Both the position numbers and the translations under genes were made by a program. Positions 41,453 to 54,427 of a DNA stretch of 64,000 bases are shown here, one piece after another. Positions within the stretch are counted from its first letter, which is position 1; every line of letters begins with the position of its first letter. This DNA is from Schmidtea polychroa. Lineage: Eukaryota. Location of the stretch: assembly GCA_044892525.1 (NCBI GenBank), contig CM097885.1, positions 13,642,001 to 13,706,000 on the forward strand, written 5' to 3'. The notes beneath the pieces are model-generated. The model worked only from the letters and a program-made list of their open reading frames with translations. It ran no database searches and was not told the DNA's origin.

Positions 41453-42877
41453 CACATATCATACGCCATAATAAAATAAAATCTTTAATTTACAACAACA
41501 ATTAATGTTAAATTATATTAAACAAATTTAAACAAGATATCGTAAATATGATTGAAAATTTAATTTAAGTTGATTTATTTTAATATATTTTTAATTTATT
41601 TTAATTGAAATTATGCTAAAATGATGTTTATTCTGATACGTTTTTATAGTATGTTAAAAATTTCATTGATTTCTAAATTTATTTCTAGAAAAAAGAAAAA
41701 TATTTTATTCAAAAACCCAAGGCTGTTTTCAATATGCCGTACATATATTAACTCAGAAGCATCTATTTTGACACATTTCTAAGCAATGTCTTAATATACT
41801 TAACTTAACAATTATTTTAATATTAATGCTGGGGTTGGAGTGTTAAATTACCTAAATAATTTCTCTAATAGCTATACATAAAATATTTCTATTACTTAGC
41901 AGCTGTTGCTAGGCAATGTTAAAATTGCAACAGCAAAATGTGACCTCCATTTCCGGAACTGCTAAAATTTTGATGCGCACTGAACTCACATACTAATGTT
42001 ATAAGGTTTATGGCTGTCTTACTCACCTTCTCTTCTATGATTTACTATCATCTTCTAAAAATATAACTATTCCTAATCAGTCAGAAAACGTCTCATATTT
42101 AATTTACAATAAAAGCATAAAAAAGCAATAAAAGTTTTATTTTCTGCACCTTAAAGGAATTTTCATGTTTGTCCAATGGTTCAAGCTTCATTTCTTTGAT
42201 GGCGACAATTCATTTCAATCTTCTTAGGCTTGTCTTTTTTTCCCCAACAAGTGTATTGAATGTGAATAGTGGGCTTCAGAATAACTTCTTCATCGGCTAA
42301 AACAACTCTTCTTCAGAATAAGCTCAGAATTGAATTATGGGACAAGCTATGCAACCGTGTCTTCGAAATTTGTTCACTTTAATTTGGAACTTGCGAATCT
42401 TCAATTTATAGAATTATTTCGTATTGTTCAATTATCTCAGAGAAATATGGTAGTCCCAATACTTTCTGAAGTAAACGATTGATTGCAAAGAAGTTAACAA
42501 ATAATCCTATTCTTATGGTAATTTAGATCCCATTATGACTTCTACACTTATGTAGAATATTTTGTTGGTGATAATCCAGTAGTGTGGTTATATACCCAAC
42601 CAAAACAGCCCCCCAACAAAAACATGCCTCCAAATCACTTAAGCTATTAGAAAAACAACCTAAAACTTATACTTTTATAGTATTTTAACCCTATATTTTG
42701 AAAACAACCACCCTTAATGACTCTAACTGTTTTAATCTTTAAAGCCTCAAACTCAAAAGCTTCAAACTAAAAAGAGAATAGAAAAGAAAATGGCATTATG
42801 AAAAAGCTAGAGGGCTATTTGATCTTTATCAGATTATTGATTTTAAATTATATAAATTAAAAAATAAATGAAAAATA

Positions 42878-44531
42878 TGTTGGTTACTTAGGGGTGTGTC
42901 CTTTTTACAATTTAAAATACGTTAGGGGTAATCATAACCGTTCGACTCTTTCCTAAGCACCTCCATAACTATTGCAATTTAAACCATTTGTGTACCCATG
43001 GCGACGACCATGTTGGTACTGTACACAAAGGTGAAAAAACAATGAGCAGGTGAGCTCTATTACTAAAACTACTCCCCATTGGATTTTCTTTTCGGGTTCT
43101 AGACTGCCGATAGAAGGTCTTACGTCCTTATTCACTATATAGGCTATTTTTGGATCGTTGTTGGTCCTCAATTACGGGTATTTCTAATTGTTCTCTTATA
43201 AAATTTTGTGCAGGGATCCGTCCTTATTTCCCAGCTAGTAATTATTATTCTACACTTCCTACAATATTTAAATTATCCTTTGAAAAATTTGCGCAGGGAT
43301 TGGCCCTTATTTTCAAGTTAATCCACACTTGCCATAATATTTAAATTGTTCTTCAAAGATTTTGAGCAGGGATCTGCCTGTGTTTCAAATCATGAGCTGT
43401 CGGAAAAATTACATAAATCTAACTTTATCCATCTTCAACTGGTCTCAACTATTCCATCTTTACTCCTAACTCACTTATGTCTATAAAACATAAAGGTGAC
43501 TAAGCCACCTACATTGTCTAAATCTAAATAAAATTCTAAACGGCCTAAAATGACATTACACTCCCTAATCATTCCTATCACTATCACTGTCCTCTAACTC
43601 GATGGACTCAACCGGCGAAATATCTGCCGAACAACAGCACGTAGTGCCGCCCGTCCACAAACTTTTCCCCAGCCCAGACCATCGACACAATCAACAAATA
43701 ATATAATTGAATTCAATGAGACTATGAATTAGAATAAATGAATTTAAACCATTAAAAAGGATCACTAAAGAAAATTGAACCGAGACATTTATTAATTAAA
43801 TTTATTAATTAAAATACTTCATAAAAATTACAGAAAACAATAACAAATAAATTACCACATCCACGTTGGCATAAAATCGAAACTGAGAGTTCTGCAAATT
43901 AAGTGGCTATGTTGAAAAAAGAGAGAGTGTTTTTCAATTGAATTTGTGATCAGTATTTATACTGATTTTGAATGCGTACTCTATCCAATCAGAGTGCGAG
44001 AATTATTGAATTGATTTTGCACACATGCATGAATGTGTGTAATTATTTATTTGTTTTAATTTCATAAATTTAATTAATTTCTTATTTAATTTTTATTAAT
44101 TTTAATTTTACAAATTTTATAATTTAACTAATTTGAGTTATATTAATTTTTATTAATTTAAACATTTTTATTCTTTAAATTTAATAAGTTAAATAACCAT
44201 TTAATTCTATAAACTTTACAATTTACATAATGCTAATTAATTTTATTATTTTTGACGATTTAATTTTTATATTGTTTAAATAATTTTCAACTAATTCCAT
44301 TTTATATTTTATTATTTTTCTATTTAAATTTTTAAGTGTTGAATTTTCTGTTAAATTTATTTATCTCTTTATTCTATTATACGGGGTTTATTGATTCTTA
44401 ATGTGTGATGTAGTTTATTTTATTTATTTTAAATTAAACCTTGGTCATAAATTTTTTCAACTTTGCGGTTTTTGTGTTAGGTATTTTCGATCGATTAAAA
44501 CAAACTCTCAGTTCTCGTTTTCAGCCCAACA
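42878..44531 (-). repeat. 3' LTR (1654 bp)
   Basis: Same length as 56625-58278 and no differences seen on spot checks; constant offset 13747. Confidence 0.95.
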
Positions 44532-45558
44532 AATCACTCCGGGACCCGTTAAAATTGCGTCCCGCAATTCTGTTAGACATACGAATTTCCCAGGTCATAG
44601 TCTATTACATTCCCATTAACCTATAAACATACTATAATAGTTTAAGACACGTTAGAATTCAATTAGCAGAAAAAGGTCTAAGCTCAAATTCAAGCAGTTG
44701 TCACATACAGTGACTGGTCATAATACACATACATACTGATACAGTGTCCAAACTCAAGTACGAGTCATATGCAAAAGTTTTATTTCTGGATCAATTCTTC
44801 AGTTGGTTGTTTCTTATCTTTTCTGGGTTCGGTTTTCAATCTTTCGGCTGGGTTTTGTAGGCATGTTTGATTCCTGTTGTTGATTTTCATATTAGCTCGT
44901 AATACTTACTGAAGATCATAGGATTCTCTCTATCGGGGTTTGACTGTTTTCCCATATTCTCTTTGGATTTTTAGGTTGGGATTCTGATTTTCTGGATCAT
45001 TTGATGGTATTGACGGACCTTGCTCCAGGGTTTTCGGAACTTTTGTTCAACTGGGTGACTTGACACATTGATTTTTCTTTTGGTTTTTCTTGGTGGTTTT
45101 GTTTACGGTATTGCTCTTATTAAGGGGTTTTCTTCCTCTAGTGGGTAACTTGAATTATTTTCGATTTTGGTCTAAGTTCGCTTGATTTGATTAAGTTTCT
45201 AATGTCACTGGGTCTGTGACTTTCGTCTCATTTATCAGGATCTTTTACCGTTCTTTGTTTAGGGGTTCCAAATTAGGTATTATTTTTAGATATTCGTTTA
45301 ACTCATTCTTTCTAGGTTTGCATCTTTATCTTTCTTCTGGATTTATATTCTTTCTTCTCATTTGAGCCTCTGTTCTCCTTTACCATTGTAAGGGTTCAAA
45401 TTTTGTATTTTTCCCAACTGATTACTTGATCCATTTCTATTTATACATCGATCTTTTGCCACATTATACATCAATTTATACCTATACATCTAGTACATTT
45501 AGTTTGCTATTTATACATCAATTTTTACATATGTTCACTTCCTTTTTACTATTTTCAT

Positions 45559-48120
45559 CTACACTTCCACGTTAATTTCCACTACATCCTTTGGACTACC
45601 CTTCTGCTTTTCCTTGGCTATCATCATTTGTGTCTCTTCTGCCATATCTTTACATTTTTCTTGATTACTCGTTATTTCATTGATTCTTAATTCGGCTGAC
45701 CTTGCTTCTTCTTTTAGTCGGAGTATCGTTGTCTTGAGTACTTCATTTTCTCTTGTTCTGTTTTCTGCAACCTTTCTCCATATCATTATCAATTCATCCT
45801 GTCTCGTTTCTTTTACAACTAGTTCCATTATTAACCTGCACTGTTCCACACATTGTCTCCTCAATTCCTCGTATGCGTTGGGTTTCACCTGTTCCTTCAC
45901 GTCATTTGTCCGTCTCTGTACATTTGTCGACTGTTGTTTTATTAGCATTGGAGATTGGTGTTTTCTTATTTCTGGCTGATAAATTCTGTTTTCGACATAT
46001 TTTTTATTGTTCTGTTCTGTGACGTATTCTCGTGACTGATCTCTCACTGGGTTTGTCCCATTCGGACAGTTATTGACTAAATGTCCAGTTCTTTTACATT
46101 CGTAACACCTCTTTATGCGGCGATATTTATTTTTTCTGTGCTCATTTTTCTGACAATTCCCATACGTCTTATCGAAGAACCGATAGCGCTCATTGTGTCC
46201 TTGTGGTTGGTATTTGTTCCAGTAATTGTTTGTACTCGCGTCCCATTCGATATCTGGTTCGCACCCGCTTTCAATTTTTAACGTGTTTATGTCATGGTAC
46301 TTTTCTTGCGTTTTTTCATTATTTCGTTTTTCGTGATTTTCGCCATTCTTCGATTCGCGCTTTTCCGGGATTACTGCAATTCCAACCTGACTATCGATGC
46401 CGGTATAATCTCTCTGATTGTCCTCAAATGTTTTGATGTTTTGATGGTCTAATATTACCTGTTCCAGTTTTTCAATTATTTCGCTTTCGATCCTTGAGTC
46501 CGGAATTTTTTGTAAATCTATTTCGTTGCTCGTTATCATTCTCATCATATTGATTTGTATTACTCTTTTTTGTTCTCTTTCCCATATTCCTTTTATCTTT
46601 TCCCTCTGGTTGTCGTTGTTGGTTAGTCTCATTATATCCAATTTTAAAAGTTCTTCCTTTCTCGTTTTCCAATATTTTTCTTCTCTTCTTGCCTGAGGTT
46701 CTTTTCGTTTACTCCATCTTTCTTCCGCTTCTCGTGCTTCCGCGATCTGTAAGGTATTCCATTCTCGTTGTTGTGTTGTTCGGATATTTTGAATTTGTAA
46801 TGTGCCTCCCACACATTGTAATACATTTATTCTTGATTGTTGTTTTCCTTCCGCTTGAAACTGATAATCGATCATGTTACTGCACAGTCCTGTGAGAATT
46901 GTTATTTGATTTTGCATTTCAGCTAGTTGCTTTGCTGACGTATCCCTATTGTCACTCCGTTGTTGGTTTCTTTTATTCGTACATGCAACTGCTAGATGGT
47001 CTCCTTGTCCGCACGAAAAACATTTTTTGGATACTCCACATCTTACTGCGGTATGTCCTTTCTTACCGCAATTCCAACATCTTCTTTGCCCATGACATTC
47101 ATCGAGCCAGTGTCCTTGCCTCTTGCAGTTATTACAAAACTTTCCAATGTTTCCATTATTCGACCTCTTGCTTTTGTTGTCATTTTCGTTCCTTCGATTA
47201 TTGTTGTTATGACTCCACTGTCTGTGATGCTGGGGTTGATTATCTGCGATAGGCCTCCTACTTGGTGGTTGTGTTACTTTGGTATACATTTCGCTTACAT
47301 TCGCTGCCTCTACTGCTTCGTCCAGCGTCTTGCAGATTTTGCATCCGACTACACCTTTAATGTCATCTCGTCGCAATCCTTTTACAAATTGGGTTACTAG
47401 TTGTGTTTCCATATCCTTTTCACTGAATAGCGGTTTGGCTAGACGTCTTAGTGCGCTTGCGTACAGTATATTTGATTCATTCACTGCTTGTCCTCGATTG
47501 AAGAATTCTAGAAATTTGTATTGTGCATCTTTTGCTTCTCCAAATGTTTTTATCAGAGCTTCCTTAACTTCTTTCCAGGTTTTTAGTGGGGTTGTACACT
47601 CTTTTATTCCGACGTACCAATTAAACGCGTCGTCTGCTAGATATAGTGGGAGTCTTCTCACTATCATTTCGTTTGTCCATTTTAGAGCATCGCAATAAGA
47701 TTCAAAATGTTGGATAAAGTTTGATAGTTTGTTCGGTTTTCCGTCGTATTTTTCGCCATTATATTTTCCCTGGAAATTGGGTATCTCCATTTCACTGAGT
47801 CTCTTGTTGATCGCTTCCATTTGGGCTGTTGTATCTACCATCTTTAATTGTATTCTTTTTCCGTTTGTGTTTTCTTTTATTAGGTTTATGTCACTTTTAT
47901 TATTTCTGTTTTCAGATAGAGTTTTTCCTTCCTGAGGTTCTGATACGCGTATTACGCTTCTTGGCCGATTGTTTTCGAAATCCTTTTCACTGCTTCCTTT
48001 TATGGATCGACCTTTGGTCTTTGAGATGTCTTTTTGATTTTGCTTTTCGATTTCTTGTGCTTGCGTGGGTTTAATAGTTCGTCTTCCTTTCTTTGCAACT
48101 TTTAATTCTTCTTCTTTCAA
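45559..48120 (-). CDS. gag: Gag-like protein: capsid domain, three tandem plus one distal CCHC zinc knuckles, C-terminal coiled coil; first in-frame ATG at 47841
   Basis: YDGKPNKLSNFIQHFE...LPLYLADDAFNWY...WKEVKEALIKTF...QFVKGLR; CNNCKRQGHWLDEC, CWNCGKKGHTAVRC, CFSCGQGDHLAVAC, CYECKRTGHLVNNC. Confidence 0.92.
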   Translation of the reverse strand: MKEEELKVAKKGRRTIKPTQAQEIEKQNQKDISKTKGRSIKGSSEKDFENNRPRSVIRVSEPQEGKTLSENRNNKSDINLIKENTNGKRIQLKMVDTTAQMEAINKRLSEMEIPNFQGKYNGEKYDGKPNKLSNFIQHFESYCDALKWTNEMIVRRLPLYLADDAFNWYVGIKECTTPLKTWKEVKEALIKTFGEAKDAQYKFLEFFNRGQAVNESNILYASALRRLAKPLFSEKDMETQLVTQFVKGLRRDDIKGVVGCKICKTLDEAVEAANVSEMYTKVTQPPSRRPIADNQPQHHRQWSHNNNNRRNENDNKSKRSNNGNIGKFCNNCKRQGHWLDECHGQRRCWNCGKKGHTAVRCGVSKKCFSCGQGDHLAVACTNKRNQQRSDNRDTSAKQLAEMQNQITILTGLCSNMIDYQFQAEGKQQSRINVLQCVGGTLQIQNIRTTQQREWNTLQIAEAREAEERWSKRKEPQARREEKYWKTRKEELLKLDIMRLTNNDNQREKIKGIWEREQKRVIQINMMRMITSNEIDLQKIPDSRIESEIIEKLEQVILDHQNIKTFEDNQRDYTGIDSQVGIAVIPEKRESKNGENHEKRNNEKTQEKYHDINTLKIESGCEPDIEWDASTNNYWNKYQPQGHNERYRFFDKTYGNCQKNEHRKNKYRRIKRCYECKRTGHLVNNCPNGTNPVRDQSREYVTEQNNKKYVENRIYQPEIRKHQSPMLIKQQSTNVQRRTNDVKEQVKPNAYEELRRQCVEQCRLIMELVVKETRQDELIMIWRKVAENRTRENEVLKTTILRLKEEARSAELRINEITSNQEKCKDMAEETQMMIAKEKQKGSPKDVVEINVEV

Positions 48121-48984
48121 TAAACTTGGTTCTATTATTAACTGTTTTGATCTGGTATGCTTTGTTATTGGTTCAATATTTCTGAACTTGGCTTAATTGT
48201 TTGACAATAACTTCTAGTTGGTTGCTGATACTTGGCTGTTGGCTTGTTTGATTGATTTACCTGAATAGAAAAATATCACTTCTCCCTATCGTTTATTATA
48301 TTTATAAATTGTAATATATATATTATATAGTGCAATTGCAATATTTTTACTTTGGTTTCTTTGGGTGCCGGCATATCTTAATATTCATTTCGTCGTTAGT
48401 TTTGTTTACACATTGGTTCTCAAATTCCTACGTAATTTTTTCGATCCTTCTTATTTAATTCACACTCCTTTTCTTCGTTTCTATAGTTTTCTCTACTTTA
48501 ACTGTCTTTTTTTCCTTGGCTTATCTCTATCTATTGACTTACATTACTTGTATTCTTGTTTCTATCTTAGTTTTCTTCATTGATGTTGTCTTTATTCTGT
48601 TCATGTTTGTTTCCGATTTTTATAATTTCCTCCGTTTACCTTATTGGTCGTCCTTTATATCTCTCTTTTTCCATTATCGTTGCCAATTTTTAGACTTATT
48701 TATTATTCTTGACTCGGTTCTCCATTATTCATTCTATATTCTCATCTATTCTCCTACACGGTTGTCTATTTTCAATTCGTTTTTCGTCTTTTTCCTTCAC
48801 GATCTTATTTATTTTCAGTTATATATCTGTCAATGACTTCGTATTCTCATTTATATTCCCGTCTATGTTTCTTTCTAGGTACTCATCTATATTCTCGTTT
48901 ATCTTTCCTTTTACCTCATCTATATTCACGTCTGTTATTTCCGTTCCTATTCGTAGCCATTATTCTCATTTATATTCGTATCTC

Positions 48985-49340
48985 TTATTCGCATCTATTA
49001 TTCGCATCTATTATTCGCATCTATTATTCGCATCTATTATTCGCATCTATTATTCGCATCTATTATTCGCATCTATTATTCGCATCTATTATTCGCATCT
49101 ATTATTCGCATCTATTATTCGCATCTATTATTCGCATCTATTATTCGCATCTATTATTCGCATCTATTATTCGCATCTATTATTCGCATCTATTATTCGC
49201 ATCTATTATTCGCATCTATTATTCGCATCTATTATTCGCATCTATTATTCGCATCTATTATTCGCATCTATTATTCGCATCTATTATTCGCATCTATTAT
49301 TCGCATCTATTATTCGCATCTATTATTCGCATCTATTATT
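48985..49340. repeat. 13-bp minisatellite (GCATCTATTATTC), ~27 copies
   Basis: Direct observation; near-perfect units, no spacers. Confidence 0.95.
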
Positions 49341-50034
49341 TGTCTACTGGTTATCTTATGAATTTAGTCTTTAAGCTCTAATTGTTTCTCTTTACTTCGC
49401 TTTGTCTTTTTCCAGTTACTTGGTCTTCCTTTTATTTCTCCTGCATGCTTCTTTTTACTACTCTTCCAGGTTTTCCCCACTCTCCTGACTCTGGATGCGA
49501 AACACTCGCACTGGTCGATCTCCGATCGTGTGGTGATCAGTCACACGCAGAGATGTTCCAGTATATGCGATGGGCCCTGTTCCACATCTTTCGTCAGGAC
49601 AGTTGGTACTTTCCTGGTCTTATCCGTACTACGCTGAGCGTAGCTCATAGGTTGTGGATGTCCTAAATCCTAACAGAAAAATTTTCCTTATTCATTTGCT
49701 CTCAATTTTCATAATACTTTATTCTCATTTTTACGTCGTGCTCTTAATCTACTTATCTCGATTACTCTTGGTCCTTCTTCATTATTCTAAATATATCCAC
49801 GTCTCTTGTCTAGTTGACGTCTTATTGCTATCGCTTTTACTCTTACCGCTTTGGTTGACTTGTTTCTCGTTAATATGCTCACTATTTCCTCAGGCAGATC
49901 CCTCTCGCATTACTCGTAATATTAGTTTATCCATTTTATTCGTTACCCTTCTATTCGTTAATGGTTTATTTACGAAACATCCCTGCTCAATTTTGTAATT
50001 TATCGCTTCCGTATTTGTACATTTTCCTCAGCTT

Positions 50035-50075
<41 letters not shown>

Positions 50076-52867
50076 GACCTCTCACTGATTTCCCCGTCAT
50101 AATGTTTCTCATTTCGTATATTTTACTTTTTCAAAATTTGTTTGTTGTTTTTCTGTTTATGGGCCTCGTTGTTCCTCTCCCTGTATTTTAAATTTTTACT
50201 TATTTCCGCATCTATTTGCTATTTTACTTTTGGCGCGTAACTTTGATTGGTCATTTATTTTCATTATCTCATTTAATTGTTTATCTATGTCTACATATAC
50301 ACGCATATACTTATACATATACCCTTATCCATAAACATATATTCATATACATATATCCACCTATATCTGGATATCTACATCTGTACGCATTTCTCCCTAG
50401 CTGTTCCTGGAGTGGTTGATATTATTGTTTCTATTATTTCTGAATTTATTCAAATTTATCATTGAAATTCCCACGATTGTATCTTTTTGTTTCGTAATAA
50501 AAGTAGACAGTCCGTTCGTTTTTCATTATTGTAACTTTTTGCTCCATAGTAAAAGTAGGCAGTATGTTCGTTTTCCATAACTAAAACTTTTGTTCAATGT
50601 TTCTAATTTGTCTCATTTTTGTTAGTGTCTCTTGTTATTCTAATTTTCCGTGTCATGATGTTAAGCTTTCACTTTTGTTCTATTATATTGTATCGCGTTT
50701 CATTTTATATTTGTTGTTTCTCGTAATTTTGATTTTTCATTCAAATGTCTTTGACCTTGCTTTTTTTTCTGTGAATTTGTTACTTATTGTTTCCTGTTTG
50801 TTCATTTCGTTTTGTGTTTTCCTTGTCATTTTATCGTGTTTATTTATTCACATTCTATTTTGATATATGTGCGCTCTTCATTTTCTGTCAATCATGTTTT
50901 TGTATAATTTTTCCCGATTGTTCCTATTATTGCTCATGTCCATTTTGACTTTCATATTGGTCTCCCGTTTGTTGTTATCTTAGTTTGTAGTTTGTTCTCA
51001 TTTTCCTCCGCATCTTCGCCAAATGTCGTCCCCGACATTCATTATTTGATTTATTTATTATCTTGTGTTCTCTCGGTTCTCACTATTTTGTTCTCGTGTC
51101 CTCTCTACAATATTTGCCAAACGTCCATTTCTCTGATTGATTTTCCTTACTCTTAACTAAGCGTAGATTTTGATGTTTTGATTTTTCGCATTATTTTATC
51201 TTTGTTTATGGTGATCGGTCCTCTACTTTTATTATATATCATTTTGGTTGGGGTGTATACACCGATATATACAATTATTTATATACAATTAGTCCTCTTT
51301 TTGGCACTCAGTTCTGCCATTACCGTCTCTTTTCAATGTTATGACCATGCTAATAGTTCGTTGTTTTTCTCCTTTACGCAACAGAAACCACCGGTACAAG
51401 TGTTCTTCTACTCATTCCACCTCCATCTCGGTATATTTTACTCCTCATCTTATAACAATTTTCAATGAATACTATGCTGGATTTGTTATAACTATTTGTA
51501 CTTCATCTTCAGCTTACTGCATTTTCTTTTTCCCGTTTCCTTTTTACGTCTGATATTCTCCGTTACATTCTGATCATTTCTTTCTCTCCTTGATTTCCCC
51601 AGCTATTCCTATTAGTTCATTTACTTGCATTTGGCTTTATCATTTGATTTGTTCTATTTCTCTTCCACTTAGTTCAATTTTTCTTCTCTGGTCCTTGATT
51701 ATTCTTTCACGAACAAATTCATTGTTCAAAGTTTCGATTAGATTGTTCCTCCATGAGATTCCTTGCATGTTATTTGCGATAGTATGGCGCTTTTCTGCTT
51801 CCATACTTTTCCTGTGGTGGTATTGGGATTGATTTCCATTGTGATCCGTTTTATCCTATTAATTCGCCTACATTGATTCCTAATCTTTTATCTGAATTTT
51901 ATTTCATCTTACTTCCCGAAGTTATATACTAATTATACCGCGCTGATATATATACATATATTTTTATATAATCATATACCTTTATATATTCATTGTTCAC
52001 ACTATATATAGTCATAACCCTTTCTATGTATGTGGGTTCGTAATTCGTGATACTTTCTAGATCTCTCCCCACTGGTCTTAGTTTAGTGTTCTGTACTCTT
52101 TCATTTACTGTATATTTCACCCGTCTGGTTCTAATTGTTTCCCATTCTCTATCGTTGACGTTGGATAATTTTTCATAGTTCGTTCCGGTTATTAATATGA
52201 GCATCGTACGTATAACTGTCTTGTATATTCATATTACTTTGGCTAACCTTGGGCTTCTTGGTTTCTTTCGCTGGATCATTTGTCGATATCCACCACGTTA
52301 TTCCGGTGTCTTGTGTATTTATTTTCATTAATTTCTGTATTTATTTTGTTAACTTCCTGAGCCGTTCTACATAAATTTTAAAATTCATTTTCTACGTATC
52401 CTTGATGTCTGTGATGTTCGCCTATTTTGCAAAGTTTTTCACTGCCTTTTAACTTAGTTCTCGTGCCTTTGTCACGAAGATTTTATTTCGATTTGTTTTT
52501 GCTCTATTTTTGTACCGTGATTTTATTTTTTCGCAGTTATTCTCGATTGTCTTTGGTTCAGATTTATTTTTCGAGTTACCGGCAAGTTTAGTTCTTGTTT
52601 TTGTTCTTTTACTTAACGCTTTTGTTCATTTTGTTCATTTCTATTCGTGATGTTTCGATGTCTTTTCTTGTCTTTACTTTCTTTTACTTTCAGTAGAATC
52701 TGTTGACTCGCTCGGTTTCGTCTGGTAAACTCATCTCTTTATCTATAATGTTGTTCGTCTCAGATTCACATTTGCATAAGCTAAGACATGGTTATCATTT
52801 GCTTTATTTATCGTTTGGTACTTTGTTATCTGTCGAGTTTTATCGTATTTTTCATTTGGATTTTTAT

Positions 52868-53104
52868 TCAATCGTTTTTATGGTTTGGTCTTTCCATTTT
52901 ACCGATGCATTTAACATCCTTGGGTACTCTACCCTTGGGTTGGTATGCGTAGAAGGTATTACCTGTAGGGTATAATTGGTTTAAATAGTCCTTATCATAC
53001 ACTGTATGTATCGACAACTCAATACCAGAATCATATATAGCTTGCTTTTTCCTAAACCCCCTAATCCATACATTCTTATATATCATTTGCATATAATCAT
53101 TCAT
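52868..53104 (-). pseudogene. Retropepsin-like aspartic protease relic
   Basis: VWIRG...AIYDSGIELSI...LYPTGNTFYAY...VKCIGKM resembles the retroelement protease pattern with a DSG motif. Confidence 0.5.
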
Positions 53105-54301
53105 ACCATTACATATTCATTTATCAGTATATTCTCAAAAAGTTCCCCTTCTAAAGCCGCTATCATTCCCTCGGTTTATCCATTCACTAATCAACGTAAT
53201 AACAATTAACATTTAATAATTCATTGACATAAATATTATCAAGAGCCTGCATAACCAATCCTCAACCAATTGCTGGCCCATCATTCAACCATTCAACCAA
53301 ACAAGGACAAATTATCAAGGAGAAGACTTATTTATTTTCATAAAATTAGCTTAGCTTACTTATCCTATTGTCAAACCCTGAATTTACTAAAATCCGGATG
53401 TAACGATATTCATACATTATTCTTTTGTTCTGGGCGTATCCAATCATTTTTAGCAAAGAACATTCCGTCTATCTTACAAAATAGAGTAATTTTGTCGAAA
53501 CCAATTAATTACGATTTGCTACTCCGTATAATTTATAATTTCCTAATAAATTCCTCAATGCACTGCTAGCAATTTCCTCGAAACAGATTATTAATTCCAT
53601 ACACGCGATAATTGATTTTTGATTACGCCTAAGATTTATTTGCAAACAACCGCCTGTAACACAATATCATGATTTTATAGGAGTCAATAATGCACCATTC
53701 GATCAAGCTCCAATCACGAGCACTCGATGTATAGAAGAGTGTCAATTAAAATCATTGCCAAGATGCGCACCAACCGAAATATATTTGTAAAAACTTATAG
53801 TTGCAAGTGTCTTGTCTTACCGGTGTATCTACATGCTCTCCGGGTGTATGATTTCACCCGCCCTTTCGTCTTTACTATCATCATAATTTGTAAATAATTA
53901 CACCGACCGGCAGCCGATCACCATCGAATGGGCACTGATTTGGGTTTTTTATAATATAAACCTTAGCTTACCTATAATAAATGTGCGTATGAATTAGCAA
54001 TGTGAAATTAAATTGGCAATTATATTATACAAAAATAGGAAACAAAATCGATGTTAATAATATATATATTATAAACAAGCACAAACAAACACGGCTCACA
54101 AGACACATGCAACAGGATATTGATTCAACAAGGGCATTTAATCAGCTGAAATTTTCCAATTTAAAATTAACAACAACAAAAAAAAAATGTACGAGGATGT
54201 CTGTAGTCTCATCAGAATCGACTATTTCGTTTCGAGAAATTCATAGCCAAATGTGTAAGCTTTTCATTTAAACTTCAGACATTTTATAAAATCTATATGG
54301 A

Positions 54302-54427
54302 ATGACCATTGCTGACAACGAAAGAATCATCAAATCCATGGCGGATGGCCATGATTATCACGAATCAGGCCGCATTCTCGGAATCCAACGGAATACAATA
54401 ATCGGCACCATAAATAAAATCTACTAA
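54302..54427 (+). pseudogene. Short HTH ORF resembling a Tc1/IS630 transposase N-terminus
   Basis: MTIADNERIIKSMADGHDYHESGRILGIQRNTIIGTINKIY*. Confidence 0.4.

Noticed and set aside
41940..42570. Coding-like sequence between OTUD5 and the Polinton terminus
   Set aside because: Interrupted in the frames examined and not assignable to a family by eye.
42953..43344. Short ORFs duplicated at 56700-57091
   Set aside because: Lie within the LTRs, use non-ATG starts and show no domain signature.
48709..49381. Repetitive ORFs (IIRIYYSHLLFAS)n, or a CRISPR-like array
   Set aside because: Contiguous 13-bp tandem repeat with no spacers in eukaryotic DNA; the ORFs are artefacts of a stop-free repeat on a T-rich strand.
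49540..49600. Possible hammerhead ribozyme (CTGACGA on the minus strand followed by a stem)
   Set aside because: No GAAA core after the putative stem II and no closing stems.
45680..52975. Many hydrophobic + strand ORFs
   Set aside because: Antisense shadows of gag or of the A-rich element strand, with no recognisable domains.
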